A stretch of DNA of 64,000 bases, taken from positions 529,218 to 593,217 of the forward strand of contig BFEA01000006.1 in assembly GCA_003427395.1 (NCBI GenBank), written 5' to 3'. A model generated the notes under the pieces. That model did no database searches, was not told the origin of the DNA, and was given only the letters and a program-made list of their open reading frames with translations. The first letter of the stretch is position 1. Every line of letters starts with the position of its first letter. Both the position numbers and the translations under genes were made by a program. Source of the DNA: Chara braunii (lineage: Eukaryota; Plantae; Charophyceae). Below are positions 1 through 12,712 of the stretch, one piece after another.

Positions 1-554
1 TCCATTTCTTGGCATGCTACATCTTCCCACCCTTCTCCCTTGTCTTTGTTTAAAGTGTACTTCACTACCAGGATCTCATCATCCCTCATGTTTTCCTTCC
101 CACTCCTAAATCCTGGCCATGGGTAGGATAGATCGTAGATAACCCTGGTAGGCTTAACACTCGAGGTGGGAACGACTCTTTAAGTCTCGTTTCCCCTTTC
201 AGTATTCCGTTCAAAGGGTGGTAGATCACATGACCGCCAACATCAATCGTTAGTACCCCCCCCCACCCCTCTTTTCTGTATTGAGGTGTGATGGTTGGGC
301 CGACCTAGTAGAACTAGTTAGGGATCCTTAATAAGATAAATACAACGTTCGGCCTCTGGTCGCCAAGTTTTTAATCAGCTCTCGACCTCGGGCTGTCCCT
401 CACAAGAGGGACATTCCAAGCGTTGGTGTATGTCTACGCTCAGTCTTACGGGATCTGGCGAGAGGGGTGTTCGTACTCATCAACTTCGTGTCCCTCTCCC
501 TTGGATACCCGGAATAACTTAAACTCGGACCGGGGGTCCACTTCTCGGGTTACT
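1..554 (-). repeat. 3' LTR (partial)
   Basis: Aligns to 12095-12712 with 16 mismatches in the first 240 bp by manual count (~93%). Similarity stops at cttctcgggttact vs cttctctggtttca. Confidence 0.9.
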
Positions 555-1499
555 CGACCCTCGCTGTAGGTGCGGAAATCCAGTATCCCGCGAAGGCCCA
601 TGCAGCAACAGGTTTTCCGAGCTGGTAATAGGTAAGTAGCGCAACAAACATTAGGTACTCAGTGGAGGGTCGGGACACCGCGCTCTCCGACATAATACTA
701 AACCCCCGCCCTGCGTCCCTGCTGGGCAGAAACAGAACTTCAGTTAATATAAAGGAAATAGCGATATTCTCTTAGTCTATCCCCATCGCTGCACGCTTTT
801 TCTCAACCTCATCTGGCACCATGCCTGAAGCACGTCGCGGATAGGGGAGAGGAAGAGACGGAAAAGCAGGGAAGGCCCATGAAGAGTCGCCGTCTCGTGC
901 AAGGCGCGAGTATAGCTTAGAGGAGGAAGAAGATGAGGGACGAGGATATGCCTATACAAGACCATTCCCGCATCACTCACTTGCAAGCTGGCATGAAATA
1001 ACCCCATCTCCGACGAAGATGGAGTACTTTCAGAAAAAGTTTGAGGTGCGCTACAATGCCCCAGGCCTCTCCTTTCCTCCGTACTCCCCCAGAGTCCCTA
1101 CTACCCCTGCGGTGAATAGGGCTCTAGTGCCAGTTCCACCACCTTCTATCCCATGTACAACTTCTCCCTCTTCTCATCGTAATAACTGCACTCTTCCTTG
1201 CATCTTCTTTCTTCTTTCTTTACTTCAGATTGAGTTCATGATTGTCTTCTACATTCTGTATAAGCACGACTTTCTCTCGAATTTCTTAATCTTTTCCTTT
1301 TAAATTTCCTGTTCATACCACACTTTATAGCGTCTCAGATTCAAGAGTTTGAATATTTAGAGGTCGGGGATGCAGGTTCCTTTTGAACCAGGCCCATCTC
1401 ATCATATTTTTCTCAGCTCTCTGAAGCAGCTCTCTTACTGGATGACTGATACTTCTTTCCTTTCTTTGAAGTCATTGCAGGGACCAAGTCAGGGTCTCT

Positions 1500-2620
1500 G
1501 AAGATGAACTTATGAAGTCTTGACCCTGATACCATGTCATGAACTCTTGAATCATTCATCTCTGATATCTCATAGACTTTGTTTTCTGCTTCACCTGTGA
1601 TTCTGTAGGGACCGATTCATATAAGCTCCAATCATTTAGTCCACCGAGTCTCAAGATAATTGTCGAATAAGAGGTGAACGTCACCAACTTTCAGTTTCTA
1701 TTTTCTTATTTATCTCTTCTTGTTCCATCTCTCTTGATCTGACAATCAACTGGTTGTCATTCTCTCTGCCGCGTCCATTACCGCCTTCAGTGGTCAACTT
1801 CTGATATCTGTCTCATTCTGATTTCAAGAAGTTTTGAAATGAAGTACTTTTTATCACTCTCTTGGCTCGACCATGTCTTGATTATACTTTGAATAGGCAG
1901 GGTAGCATATCAACCATACCACAAAGTGAATGGAGCATAACCAGTAGTTCTCTTGACAGTAATGTTGTCTGCATAAACTTCAACTCTCAATACTTTTGGC
2001 CAATTATTGAGGTTCCCTTCACACCATTTAGCCAATGAATCTTTCAGCGCTTTGTGACCTCTTTCGACTGGTGCATTTCCTTGAGGGTGATAGGTGGTTA
2101 CATACCGAATTCTGACTCCTAGTCTGACAGTGGTTCTTCTTACGATCTCATGCATGAATTCAGATCCCCTGTCTGAGACAAACTCTCCGATAAAAGGGTA
2201 CCTGAGATAGACTTCTTTTATCCAGTCAGCGACCTGCTCGGTTGTTTTCCTCCTGAGAGTCTTTGCCTCAACATACACAGAAAAATTGTCTCTAATAATG
2301 AATATGTATCTCATTCCACCCTTGCCTAATGACATGGTGATGAGATCCAGGTGAACTCGATTGCCTGGCTCTACCAGAATAGTAGAAAACAAGGGTTCAA
2401 TCATCCTCATTGTAGATCTCTTCTGACATAACACACATATCTTAAAAAATTGTAAATCATGTCTCTCATGCCAGATCAGAAGTAAAGTTTAACTGTCTTA
2501 GAGTAGGTTGCTTCAACAACTCTATGACCACCAGCAACCTCCTCGTGTAGAGTAGCAATTATTTCTAGTTGTCTTTCTTTTCCACAAATCAATCTTAATG
2601 AAGGCAATCCTCCCTTACCA
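1500..2620 (-). pseudogene. Gypsy integrase (HHCC Zn finger + rve core), disrupted
   Basis: LHEEVAGGHR at ~2521-2550. ORF 1910-2434 has VHLDLI...FVSDRGSEF...YHPQGNAPVERGH (DDE core). Confidence 0.92.
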
Positions 2621-3049
2621 TCCACGAAGAGGTGATCTCATTTTAGCCTGGACTTTTTCTTCGAGTCTTTGCAATAATACTCCTTTAGCTATTCTCTTTC
2701 CATCTTCTTCACAATCTCTTGATAACTTCCATAATTCTCCTCAAGAATGAAAGAGACCTCTTCTTCTTTCTTTTCAGTTTCTTCCTCATTTTCTGACTCA
2801 AAACTCTCCCCATCTCATGGGCAACTACGACCGCTGCATTAATTTTTGTTTACCAATCGTTTTGCTCTTCCTCTTCTTCCTTTTCAAGAACTAATTCATA
2901 GACATAGGTATCAGGGATTTCTCCTAGTTGTCTCTTTCTTCAGGCCATAAGCTCCACTTATAGGAACTTGGAGTCTTATAATTTTCATCATCTCCCTCAT
3001 TCAGGAAGTTATCTACATAGGCAGATTCTTCAATTCATCTTTTTCTTTT

Positions 3050-3455
3050 CTCCATTCAATTCTGCTTAAGCCATCTGCCCGATTTTTTTCAGTGGAAATT
3101 TTTTCTAGTTTGAAATCAAAAGTTCAAATGATGGCAATCCATCTGTTTACTGTTGGATCCACTCGTTGATGTTTCTTAATAACACCAATCATTGCAGATG
3201 CATCACGATGAATCTCCTTCCCAGCACATAGTGCCCGAAGCACCTAAGGCAATAAATGATTGCCAGTAGTTTTTTTTTAAACTGGGTGTAACCTCTTTCT
3301 GTAGAGTTAATAGTTATACTCTCAAATCTCAGAGGTCTCTCATTTTCATTCTCATCTTTTTGGATAAGTACACCGCCAAGAGCTACTAGTTCACCATTTG
3401 CCTCGATGATGAAGGGTCTTCCCTCCTCATCATCATAAAATGGCATCCCTAGCAC
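3050..3455 (-). pseudogene. Gypsy RNase H, disrupted
   Basis: RPFIIEANGELVALGGVLIQ...ERPLRFES...ERGY...LLAIIYCLRCFGHYVLGRRF. Confidence 0.88.
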
Positions 3456-3577
3456 TGCTCCCTCATCTTTTAATTTTTCTTGTAAAGTTTCTGCAGCAAT
3501 CTGTTTTTTCTCAGTCCAATATAAGTCAGCCCCTTATCTCACCATCTTTCTCAAAGGCTATGAGGAATGAAAATTTT

Positions 3578-4900
3578 CTAGAACCCACAGACACCCAAGA
3601 AGCTTCTGACGTCTGTCACCCGCTTGAGAGGCAGAGACCAGTTCAAAATTTTGTCTATCTTCTTCGGGTCAGGGCTCCTATCCTTGGAGAAATATCTAAA
3701 GCCTATGATAGTTACTTCTGCTTGAAAGAGAAGAGACTTTGACCCACTGGCAGTTAGATTATATTTCTGAAGTCTCTCTAGGACCATCTTTACCCCTTTC
3801 GCATGTTCCCAGACAAATTTCCTAACCCAATCAACAACCAAAGTCTCATCTCTTACTATAGGTCCTTTCACAGAATTATCACCAATATAAGGGCTGATTA
3901 TCTCAGGCGAGTTGTCATGCATGACTTTGATCATACCACTGTCACACCATTGGTTCAACCTTAAGGTACCACGCACATCTAAATGAGGTCCCTCAGCGTG
4001 TGCATGACAGTCATTGGCCGGCTAGTGGGATCAATAAGAAACTGATCATAGCCAAAATATAAATCAATTAAGGAATAAATGCATCGACCAGCAAAGGATT
4101 CAGAAAGGAGATCAGCATTAGGGAGGCTACCTGCATCACGTATCGTTACCGAGTTGAGTTTCTAAAGATTTTGTATCCATCTCAATCCACCCCCTGGTTC
4201 CAAATGCAGAACCAATGGTTAGTATACGATCCATCAACAAGAGAAGGTTAACAACAGTCATATTTTTCATCACCACTTCAGGATACCCTTCACCACTTCA
4301 GCCTGCCTAAAAAGGTGGTTTTCAGGGTCTTCGGACCTTTCACCACTTCAGGACCATTCAGGGCTGAAAATCATGAATGGTCCTGAAGTGGTGAAAGCTC
4401 CGAAGACCCTGAAAACCACATGTTTAGGCAAGCTGCATCCTCAAGTGGTGAAGGGTGGTTTTCATGGTCTTCGGACCTTTCACCACTTCAGGACCATTCA
4501 GGATTTTTCGACTGCCAAAAACTCTCACTTGACCACTTCAGGACACCCTTCACCACTTCAGGATACAACCTGCCTAAACAGGTGGTTTTCAGGGTCTTCG
4601 GACCTTTCACCTATTCAGTACCATTCAGGATTTTCAGACTGCCAAAAAATCTTACGTTAGAATTTTCATTCCTGAATTTTCAGTTACCCGATAACCGCTT
4701 GTGCCATCAACAAGTGCAACAACATTAAATGCAATTTTCTTATCAAGATACTTACCACTTCTGCCTCTTCTTTCAGGGCATACTTAGTTAGTCTATCATT
4801 CCATGGAATATGATCAACTGTCCAGAGTTGTGCCATCTTGATCATATCCACGTCCAACCGCCCACTTTCTTCATCATTAAAAGAGAATGCAACAAAGAAC
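3578..4900 (-). pseudogene. Gypsy reverse transcriptase, disrupted and interrupted by an insertion at 4240-4703
   Basis: DAGSLPNADLLSESFAGRCIYSLIDLYFGYDQF (~4040-4138). PYIGDN is a degenerate YxDD. Also VLERLQKYNL and DVRSFLGVCGF. Confidence 0.9.
4240..4703 (+). mobile_element. non-autonomous DNA transposon, 9-bp TSD (MULE-like), internally repetitive
   Basis: TSD CCATCAACA at 4231-4239 and 4704-4712. Ends are AGAGAAGGTTAAC and GATAACCGCTTGTG. Interior is CACCACTTCAGG repeats. A second copy is at 52661-53111. Confidence 0.85.
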
Positions 4901-5341
4901 TCCTAACACACTTTGAAGATATACAACTTCTCTTTAGGTATGATAAATTGATATGAGCCTATCTTCATCGTGTCAAACCTTTCCCTGGTGACCCTATTCC
5001 CCAAGTTTGCAGATTTCCTTAATGCTTTGATAATTGTCCTTTCTTTTTCCAGTTAATTTCATTTTTTCACCCTTTGCAGTCTCAACAGCCTTCTTAAATG
5101 CTTCAATCTGCCCATCTTCATCTTTGAGTTTGCTAAAAACTTTCATCATCTTTGAGATCTGATTGATATCGACTGAAACGTGTTCTTTAACTGCTTGTTT
5201 GTTTTTCCCCTTCAATTTTTTTATCTTCTCAACTGATTCTTCTCTTCTGATCGAGTTGGCTGACACTTTATGCTTGTGATGATGAGAAGTGTAGACCGTA
5301 AAGGTTTATTCTTGTGCAGTCTCCGGATCCTGTAAGCCAAT

Positions 5342-5635
5342 TTAGGACGACCCTTCATGACTAAAAAACTGAACCGCTTTCATCCTGTGTAAGAACGGAG
5401 TGCCCATAATACAATCACGGTCTAGGTCTGGTACCACGAACCCTAGTAGTTCGACTGACATCATCCCAACCCTGATAGGCAAGTTATCATTAAACCCTGC
5501 CACGAAGAGTTCTCCAGCAATAGTACTTAGTATTTGTTTCGAGGGCCTAATAATGGTCTGGTTGCAAACTTTCATTGTCTTCTTAGAGATAAGTATCATT
5601 TCCGCCCCAGAGTCCACTAAGGATCGGATTTTCAC
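5342..5635 (-). pseudogene. retrotransposon aspartic protease
   Basis: SLVDSGAEM catalytic motif and DCIMGTPFL motif. Confidence 0.9.
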
Positions 5636-6419
5636 TTTATCAATGTAAATAGTTAAATATCAACAGCCTATAGTTGCGAATCTCAGTTTACATTCAGGTA
5701 AGGTTTTGTTAACTTGACTGAGGAAAATTGATCCCATGTAATTAACTTCCATTCTTTTCTTTTCAATTAGTTTCTTCAGTTCCTCCCTCAACTTGGGTGC
5801 GAGTGTCATTGTATCTTTGAAAGACAAAGTCACTTCTGTTTTCTGTAACATCTTAGTAATTATATCTGTAAGTACAGTTTCATCCTCCAACTCACTCTTG
5901 AGAATACATTTTCTCTTCTTCCCTTGCTCATTCTTTTTAGATAGAGGTTCTGATTCTTGATCATCAAGAATGTCAATTAGAGTCTCTTCGGCATTCCCTC
6001 TCTTATTTTCCTCTATCATTTGTGGAGTGAAACATGCTTGAAGATTCCTCACTTCTCCTATTACTGCAATGGATTCCATGATGATTTCTGGTGGTAGATC
6101 ACCCTCAAAAGACGTCATGTTGACCAAATTGGCAGCCTTGTTAGGAGAAATTGTCACTAACTCAGAAGAAATCTGAGAAGCGAAACTCTCTCCTAACAAA
6201 AGTTCGCTTGAGGATGCCTCATCGGACATGTCATCCATTAAAGTTAAAGACTGCAGTGATAAATCAATCAATGGAAAAGGGTCATCGATTTTCTGCACAA
6301 GTTCATCAGGCAAGTCACCAGTAAAGAAGTGAACATTCAAATTAGTTTTTCTCTTCTTTTTTTCCTTCATCTTCTCTTCATGTTTAAGGGCAAAAAGTCT
6401 CATACCAGTTTGTTCCATG

Positions 6420-6640
6420 AACTGTCACAGACATGACCCATTGCATCCTTCTTTCCACCCCACTTTTCACATCCTCCTCTAAGGGTCTACAGTAGGTGGT
6501 AGTATGACCTCCCTCACCACAATAATAATAGACAAAACTCTTCTTCGGACGCTCATCATACTTTCTTCTCTATCTGTTCTCCTTTCCACCATTCCCTTTG
6601 TTCTTTCTTGACCTGGAGGAATCTCCTCTCTTACCATAAC

Positions 6641-6686
<46 letters not shown>

Positions 6687-7850
6687 GTCGCTTTCAACTC
6701 TCTTCTTCTCTTTTTCATCAGTGACATGGTTAGCAGGCATGTAATTGGCGATAACTCGTTGAATATAAATTTATGCACTCAAATTGTCCCCTTTGTTCAT
6801 ACCATTCTCGGTCTCCCAGTCTTTAGCCAGTGCACTGATCTGATCCAGTGACCACTTCTTGTGCGAGACCGTAGGCAGAGTTCTGATTATCGCCACAATT
6901 TCATCTCATCTGAGAGGGTAGTGCTGAGCTTGATTGAGAACAGTCTGTCTCTCATTATCTGAAAAAGTCAGGAAAATATAGCATCTTTGAGCCTCATCGA
7001 AATATGAGATTTTCCTGGTTGTTTTGATGAAAGTTTGAAGGAAGACATTGAAGGTGTCATACTTAGCTTTTCTGATGTTGTGTAGTGGTTGGAACAAAGT
7101 TTTTCTCAAATTATCTTTTCATCCTCTCTTTGACCTCTTACCATGCTGTTGCCTCTTCCATCAACTCTTGAACAACCAACCTCGAATCAGTGTTACAATA
7201 AGACAAAAGATGCTTGAGTCGCTGCTTGTCTGTCCAACCATAACTGAGCCCGAATAATTCATATTCATCTAAGAAATCATTTACTTGAGGTCCTCTTAAG
7301 CAAGGAATCTTCTCATCCGGCCTATTTGCTCTTGCAATATTTGACCCTCATTTTATTGTGTCAACTCTCTCGACCAACTCTCTTATAACACCTATCAGAG
7401 TCTCTTCATTAGTTCATGTAGAACAACTTGGTCTTCCTCGTCCTGGCATTTTGACCATAAACATTTTCTGAAACTATCTTATCTCTCTTCTTGTCACTTA
7501 TGTCCTTCTGTTTCTTATTTTTCAATCTCTTACTCTTCTTGCAAGAGATGCAGGTTCATTTCTCTCTTCCCTTGTTTGCTCTACCCCTTGAGAGTTCTGT
7601 ACATAGAGAGTGTAGGCAATAATAGACTGGGTGGTGATCAGAGGCAACACAATATTTCTCAGTCTTCCAATAAAACCTTCAATCAGTTCTCTTTCATCGT
7701 CCCTACTCAATCTCTGTTATACCCTTTTACAATACCTCGGATCATAACGTATCGTGTCAGGTCTATAATCTCATGGTCAAATTGCATTGCTTACGAACCG
7801 CTACTGATTCTTCTGGCGAGAGAGACTCGTTCTCTAGAAGAGTGATATGA
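6420..7850 (-). pseudogene. gag, disrupted, with poly-Asp tract and degenerate CCHC knuckle
   Basis: YYYCGEGGHTTTYCR at ~6485-6530 is CX2CX4HX4C with the first Cys lost. (GAT)n at 6641-6686. Lies immediately 5' of protease. Confidence 0.75.
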
Positions 7851-8399
7851 TATTCTCTCAGTAATTCTCACTTTCACCACCTAAGTAAACAGCTGATCTC
7901 AGTCTGGTCAGTGATGACTATCAAAGCAAAATCTCTCATCTGATTAAAGAAAGGTTGCAGAAACTCAAGTTCATCTAAAGTAGAGAGGTTTCTGTCTGAG
8001 ATCCGAAGAGTCTCTTATGTCTTAACAACTCTGTCTTCCAATACAACCCCAAATGTTAGATGCTCAACCGTACCAAGCATTATCGACCATCATGAACAGT
8101 GTCAAGAGAGGTAAATCTGAAGATGAATATAGTCAAGGAACTCGAACAAGTGTTCAAAATTATTTAGGAGTAGGGACTTTATCATCACTATGGAGTCACT
8201 CTCCCTTGCATTACCTAATACGACAATGACTTCTAGAAGAGGCGGTCTCTCCTGTCGTTAAGACCATCCGTAGTTAAAAAAAGTCATGAGTCTCTCAAAT
8301 TACCTTATTCCTTCTCCTCAAGTTACTTTTCTCTGTAATTTTTTTATCCACTCTTTTGTCCTTATAAGACTGATATAAGCCCCTTATCGTCATTCCAAA

Positions 8400-10040
8400 T
8401 AATCAGCTTCCTTTTCTAGGCATACTAGAGCGTCAATCCTTACGTCGAGGCTGCCCGTATTCAGGAACTTGACTACTGGAATGTGAAATATTACTCGCTC
8501 TCTTACATAAGTCTCGGTATCTCAGGATTAAAAAAGAATTATTAGATCCAATTACTTCATAAAGTCTATCTCTCACAATAATTATTCTTGCTGCTGAGAG
8601 TATTTTTCTTGAGCCCTCCTCACCTTCCATACAAAATCTATCATGACTGACTAATTATTTATTGAGAACAAAAGTCCTTCAACAGGCCGAGACGGTATCC
8701 CAGTAAAAGGTCTGACGTAAGTACTCCAAGAGCAGCTCTCCCCTACTCGTTCAAGTCTTCTTTTTTCATCATGCACAATATCTGATGCTCGTTGTCAACA
8801 TCGACCACTTTTATACTCTTCAAACCTATGTCGTGGCATGTAGATACCAATATTAAACTCATCAAGGTCAATAAAATAACAGGTAAGAACATATATACCA
8901 TCAAGTTCTCATCCCAGATTCCTTAGTGCCTCATACCTCACGATTTCGTAAGGAATCACCGCTCTCCTTGTTATAGAATTAAAGGAATTAAGCAGTTTAT
9001 CAGAATCTTCCTAATTGAGCTTCCTATATCCACTTCCCAACCTAATCCGGAGATTTTACTTTTAAAGGTACGTATGATCGACTCATTTGTGTCTTTGATC
9101 TCCTCTCACTTTAAGTGCAAAGTCAATCATAACAAACCAGTTGTTTCTTGACAAATTATCAGGTAAAGGAGGAGTTGGGAATCCTTAAAAAATAGCTAAC
9201 CGAGTAGATCCAATGAAACGCTTATTTTCTCTCTCAAGTCTTTGTTTTTCTTTCAGTACAACTTCCTCGGCAAATCGGCAGCATCTCCCATAGACAGCAT
9301 CAACACTTCTTTCTTTAGGAACATAGATCCTTACATCATAAATATCCAAGTCTGTAAAGGAGAATGTCAGGACATAAAACCGTTTCTGCTCCCATCCACT
9401 CTCGACCATCGCATACTTGACAATCTTGTATGGGAACACCTCTTTCTTACTTAAAGTGACCGGTGATCCGAGGAGACACTCGACGTTTTCCTTGCTCGAA
9501 CTTAAACCTCTGCCAAATTTAAGTCGTATCTGTCCGATTCCCTCTGCCGAACTTTCTCTTGTTCTCATGACTGCCCTCTCATTTCTTTCATCTCAGTACC
9601 ACGTTAATTAATAGTAACCAATTATTTCCGTTACGTAGCTCTCAGGAATAGGAGGAGTTGGAATTATCGTATAAGTTACAGGCATTAACCCTCATTCCAC
9701 TTTCTTCTTTCGTTTGATCAAATTTGTCTTCTCGTCGTAGATAGACTGAACAACAATTTTTCATAACCAATTAAAGGCCTCATCATCGTTGCAGCCTTCT
9801 TTCTTGATGTAGGGACAAATATCATAGATATCTCCCTCCAAGAAGTGAGTCAGTACTACACAGATGGTCGAACAGCCAGAGTGGTAAACCCAACAATGCT
9901 CATACTGATAGGGGATATCTTTTTAACAGTAAATTTTGAGAGTTCTTTTAGTGAATCAGCAGTTAGCATTCTTGATGGAATCTCTTGCCCTCTGACTCGT
10001 TCTCTTCTTTATCAGTTCTTCAAGAACATATATGGCTCAT
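8400..10040 (-). pseudogene. extra ORF with three tandem ~160-aa repeats of an unrecognised domain
   Basis: Manual translation: CVVLTHFLEGDIYDICPYIKK (~9850), FYVLTFSFTDLDIYDVRIYVPK (~9370), IYVLTCYFIDLDEFNIGIYMPR (~8890), spaced ~480 bp apart. Confidence 0.7.
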
Positions 10041-10878
10041 AAGACATACCTGTGATCAAGCCTGATCCTCTCCAAGAAGTAATGTTAGTCTCCTCCTCCG
10101 GTCCAGTGTAGTACCTGACAGAAGAAGAGATGAGACCCAGTTAGCAACTGAAAACTTCCAATAAAATAATGACTCACTCAAGATGTCGGAGGCAATTTAA
10201 AAATTCAGACATTGTCAACAACTTTCATGACCTAATCAAAGGCTCAAAACGATTGCTGACCGAGGCTCGTTCCGGACACGAAATTTTTTCATATCCCCGA
10301 CAACGACGCCATTTTTGTCATCCTTTTTCTAGTCGGGTCTCTTTAGGCGACCAGAAAGCCAACAGACTGTCACGCAGGATTTGGATGATTTTTGCAATAA
10401 ACAAAATAATTTAATTAAAGCACATCCCTTCTTGTTGTGTGCGTCCGGCTTCAAGAGGGACCCTTCAATTGCGGTCTTCGTCGGTCCCCGGTCTTAGGAA
10501 TCTTTTATTTTGATTCAGAACAACAGAGAATCGTGCAAATAACAATCATAACATTCTGATATGTCATGCATGCATCAATTTTGCCAATTTAGTAATTTTG
10601 ATAACTTTGACAAGATCATCAAAGAAAACAATCATCAAGCAAAACAATGTAGGAGATGCAATACTGACTGACTTGAGCGAAGCAAGTGTCAAGCGAGGGA
10701 AGAATGAGACTTTGTAATAGTCTCAAAGAGTACACATGAAGAGAGCATCGTCAACACCAGTCAAAAATCCTCACTCATCCCCGTGAACTTCTCTCTCAGT
10801 CTCTCATTTTGTCGTGTGTCTCTTGTGCCTTATGCCATGTCTTCGTACTCCCTAAGGTTGTGGTCTCTGGATGTAGAG

Positions 10879-11438
10879 TCACATGAAACCTGCTAATTCC
10901 GAGCAGTTCCGCCCAAGTCCCATGATACGAAAATCGACCATAGCACAAAACTCCTCCCATAAAGCAGGAAGATATAGTTGAGAGAAGATCCCTCGTCTGA
11001 GGTGTTGGAACTCTGATGATTTTGTCAATGCCTCGTAATCAATCGCCACAGGAGAGATATACCTCTTGGCTAGTTCTACCAAGTCTCCCCAAAAAGAATC
11101 ATCTGTGAGAAGGAAGGGAATTGGAGGTCTGGGATAATCAGTGTAGAGTTTCGGTCCGAAGCTACGAATCAATTTGGTCCCACCTTCATCAAGCTATTTT
11201 TCTCTCTCCTGAAGATATAGTCAATGTGATCATGGATCTTCTTGCCCTTCTTCGCATAGGGCCTCAGATCATAGATAGTGCCGCCGGTGAAACTGGTGAG
11301 GACAACAAAAATTGACAAGTCCTCTCGGCTGAAACCAACCACGCTAACGTACCGATATCGGATAGCATTCTTGAGGGCTATCTTGTTAAGGCTGGTCAGG
11401 ACCGACTCACTGACAGGGAGTGGTTGAGCTGCACTCAT
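10879..11438 (-). pseudogene. extra ORF (frameshifted near 11170) with one copy of the same domain
   Basis: FVVLTSFTGGTIYDLRPYAKK followed by YPRPPIPFLLTDDSFW. Confidence 0.7.
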
Positions 11439-11932
11439 GAACTAATGTCGAGTGTTGATACCGGTTTGTGTCCTTGGGTAAATATGTTGTCCGATCTACA
11501 CCTGATTTTAGAGAAAAATGAGAATAACTGGTGTTGATTAATTCTGACGGAGAGTTGCAGGTAACCCGAACGACTGAATATCGATTGAACGCTGGTCGAG
11601 TGCTGATTGATTTTGGCTGAGATTTCCACGAAACTCGAAAAACTGAACCGTGCTCATGTGTGAGTATGAATGCTGGAACCGCTTTCAGTGTCTTCCATTA
11701 AGAGTACGACCCCACTAACACTAATCTAGAGGACAGTTGACAACGGCAATGGGCTGATTAAATGCTGCTTGAAAGCCGATTGAATACTAGTTAAACGGTG
11801 ATTTAATGATGAGGTATAGAGTCACCGAATGCGGATCAGTAGGTGTCCGACCGCTGAAAAAACAGCAAATTATTGAGTGTAACTTGTTGATTCTGATGCT
11901 AGTGGAGTTTAAGGAGGAGTTTTAGGTGCCAC

Positions 11933-12347
11933 TGAGCTCATGTGAACTTCGCCCTGGCTTGCTTCACCGTCTCTAGCAACGAACCGGTGCTATGCAGGTT
12001 GCTGTCATTGTCACAAAAATTAAATACATACTCAATGAACTTTTCCTCTCCGACCACCAGAACCACATGTTCTCTCTGAGCTTGCCTATGCAAATCCATT
12101 TCTTGGCATGCTACATCTTCCCACCCTTCTCCCTTGTCTTTGTTTAAAGTGCACTTCACTACCAGGATCTCATCATCCCTCATGTTTTCTTTCCCACTTT
12201 TAGATCCTGGCCACGGGTAGGATAAATCGCAGATAACCCAGGTAGGTTTAACACTCGAGGCGGGAACGACTCCTTAAGTCTCGGTTCCCCTTTCAGTATC
12301 CCGTTCAAAGGGTGGTACATCACCTGACCGCCAACATTAATCGTCAG

Positions 12348-12428
<81 letters not shown>

Positions 12429-12712
12429 TTTTTCTGTACTGAGGAGTGATGGTGGGGCCGACCTAGTAGAACTAGTAAGGGATCCTTAATAAGATAACGA
12501 CAACGTTTGGCCTCTGCTGGCGAAGTTTTAAATCAGCTCTAGACCTCGAGCTGTCCCTCGCAAGACGGATATTCCAAGCATTGGTGTATGTCTACGCTCA
12601 GTCTTACGGGATCTGGCGAGAGGGGTGTTCATACTCATCAGCTTCGTATCCCTCTCCCTTGGGTACCCGAAAGAACTTAAACTCGGACTAGGGGTCCACT
12701 TCTCTGGTTTCA
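11933..12712 (-). repeat. 5' LTR (right boundary firm, left boundary tentative)
   Basis: Homology to 1-554 ends at ...GGTTTCA 12712. Left boundary inferred from TGA...TCA termini and an adjacent minus-strand TGGCACC PBS-like sequence at 11925-11931. Confidence 0.75.

Larger units (their letters stand above)
1..12712 (-). mobile_element. Ty3/Gypsy LTR retrotransposon, degraded, with extra ORFs upstream of gag; 3' LTR runs off the left window edge
   Basis: Direct repeat 1-554 vs 12095-12712. Minus-strand domain order is gag (Zn knuckle), protease, RT, RNase H, integrase, which is the Gypsy order. Many stops and frameshifts. Confidence 0.93.

Noticed and set aside
555-575. polypurine tract next to the 3' LTR
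   Set aside because: The minus-strand sequence (GCGAGGGTCG) is only weakly purine-rich, so I did not call it.
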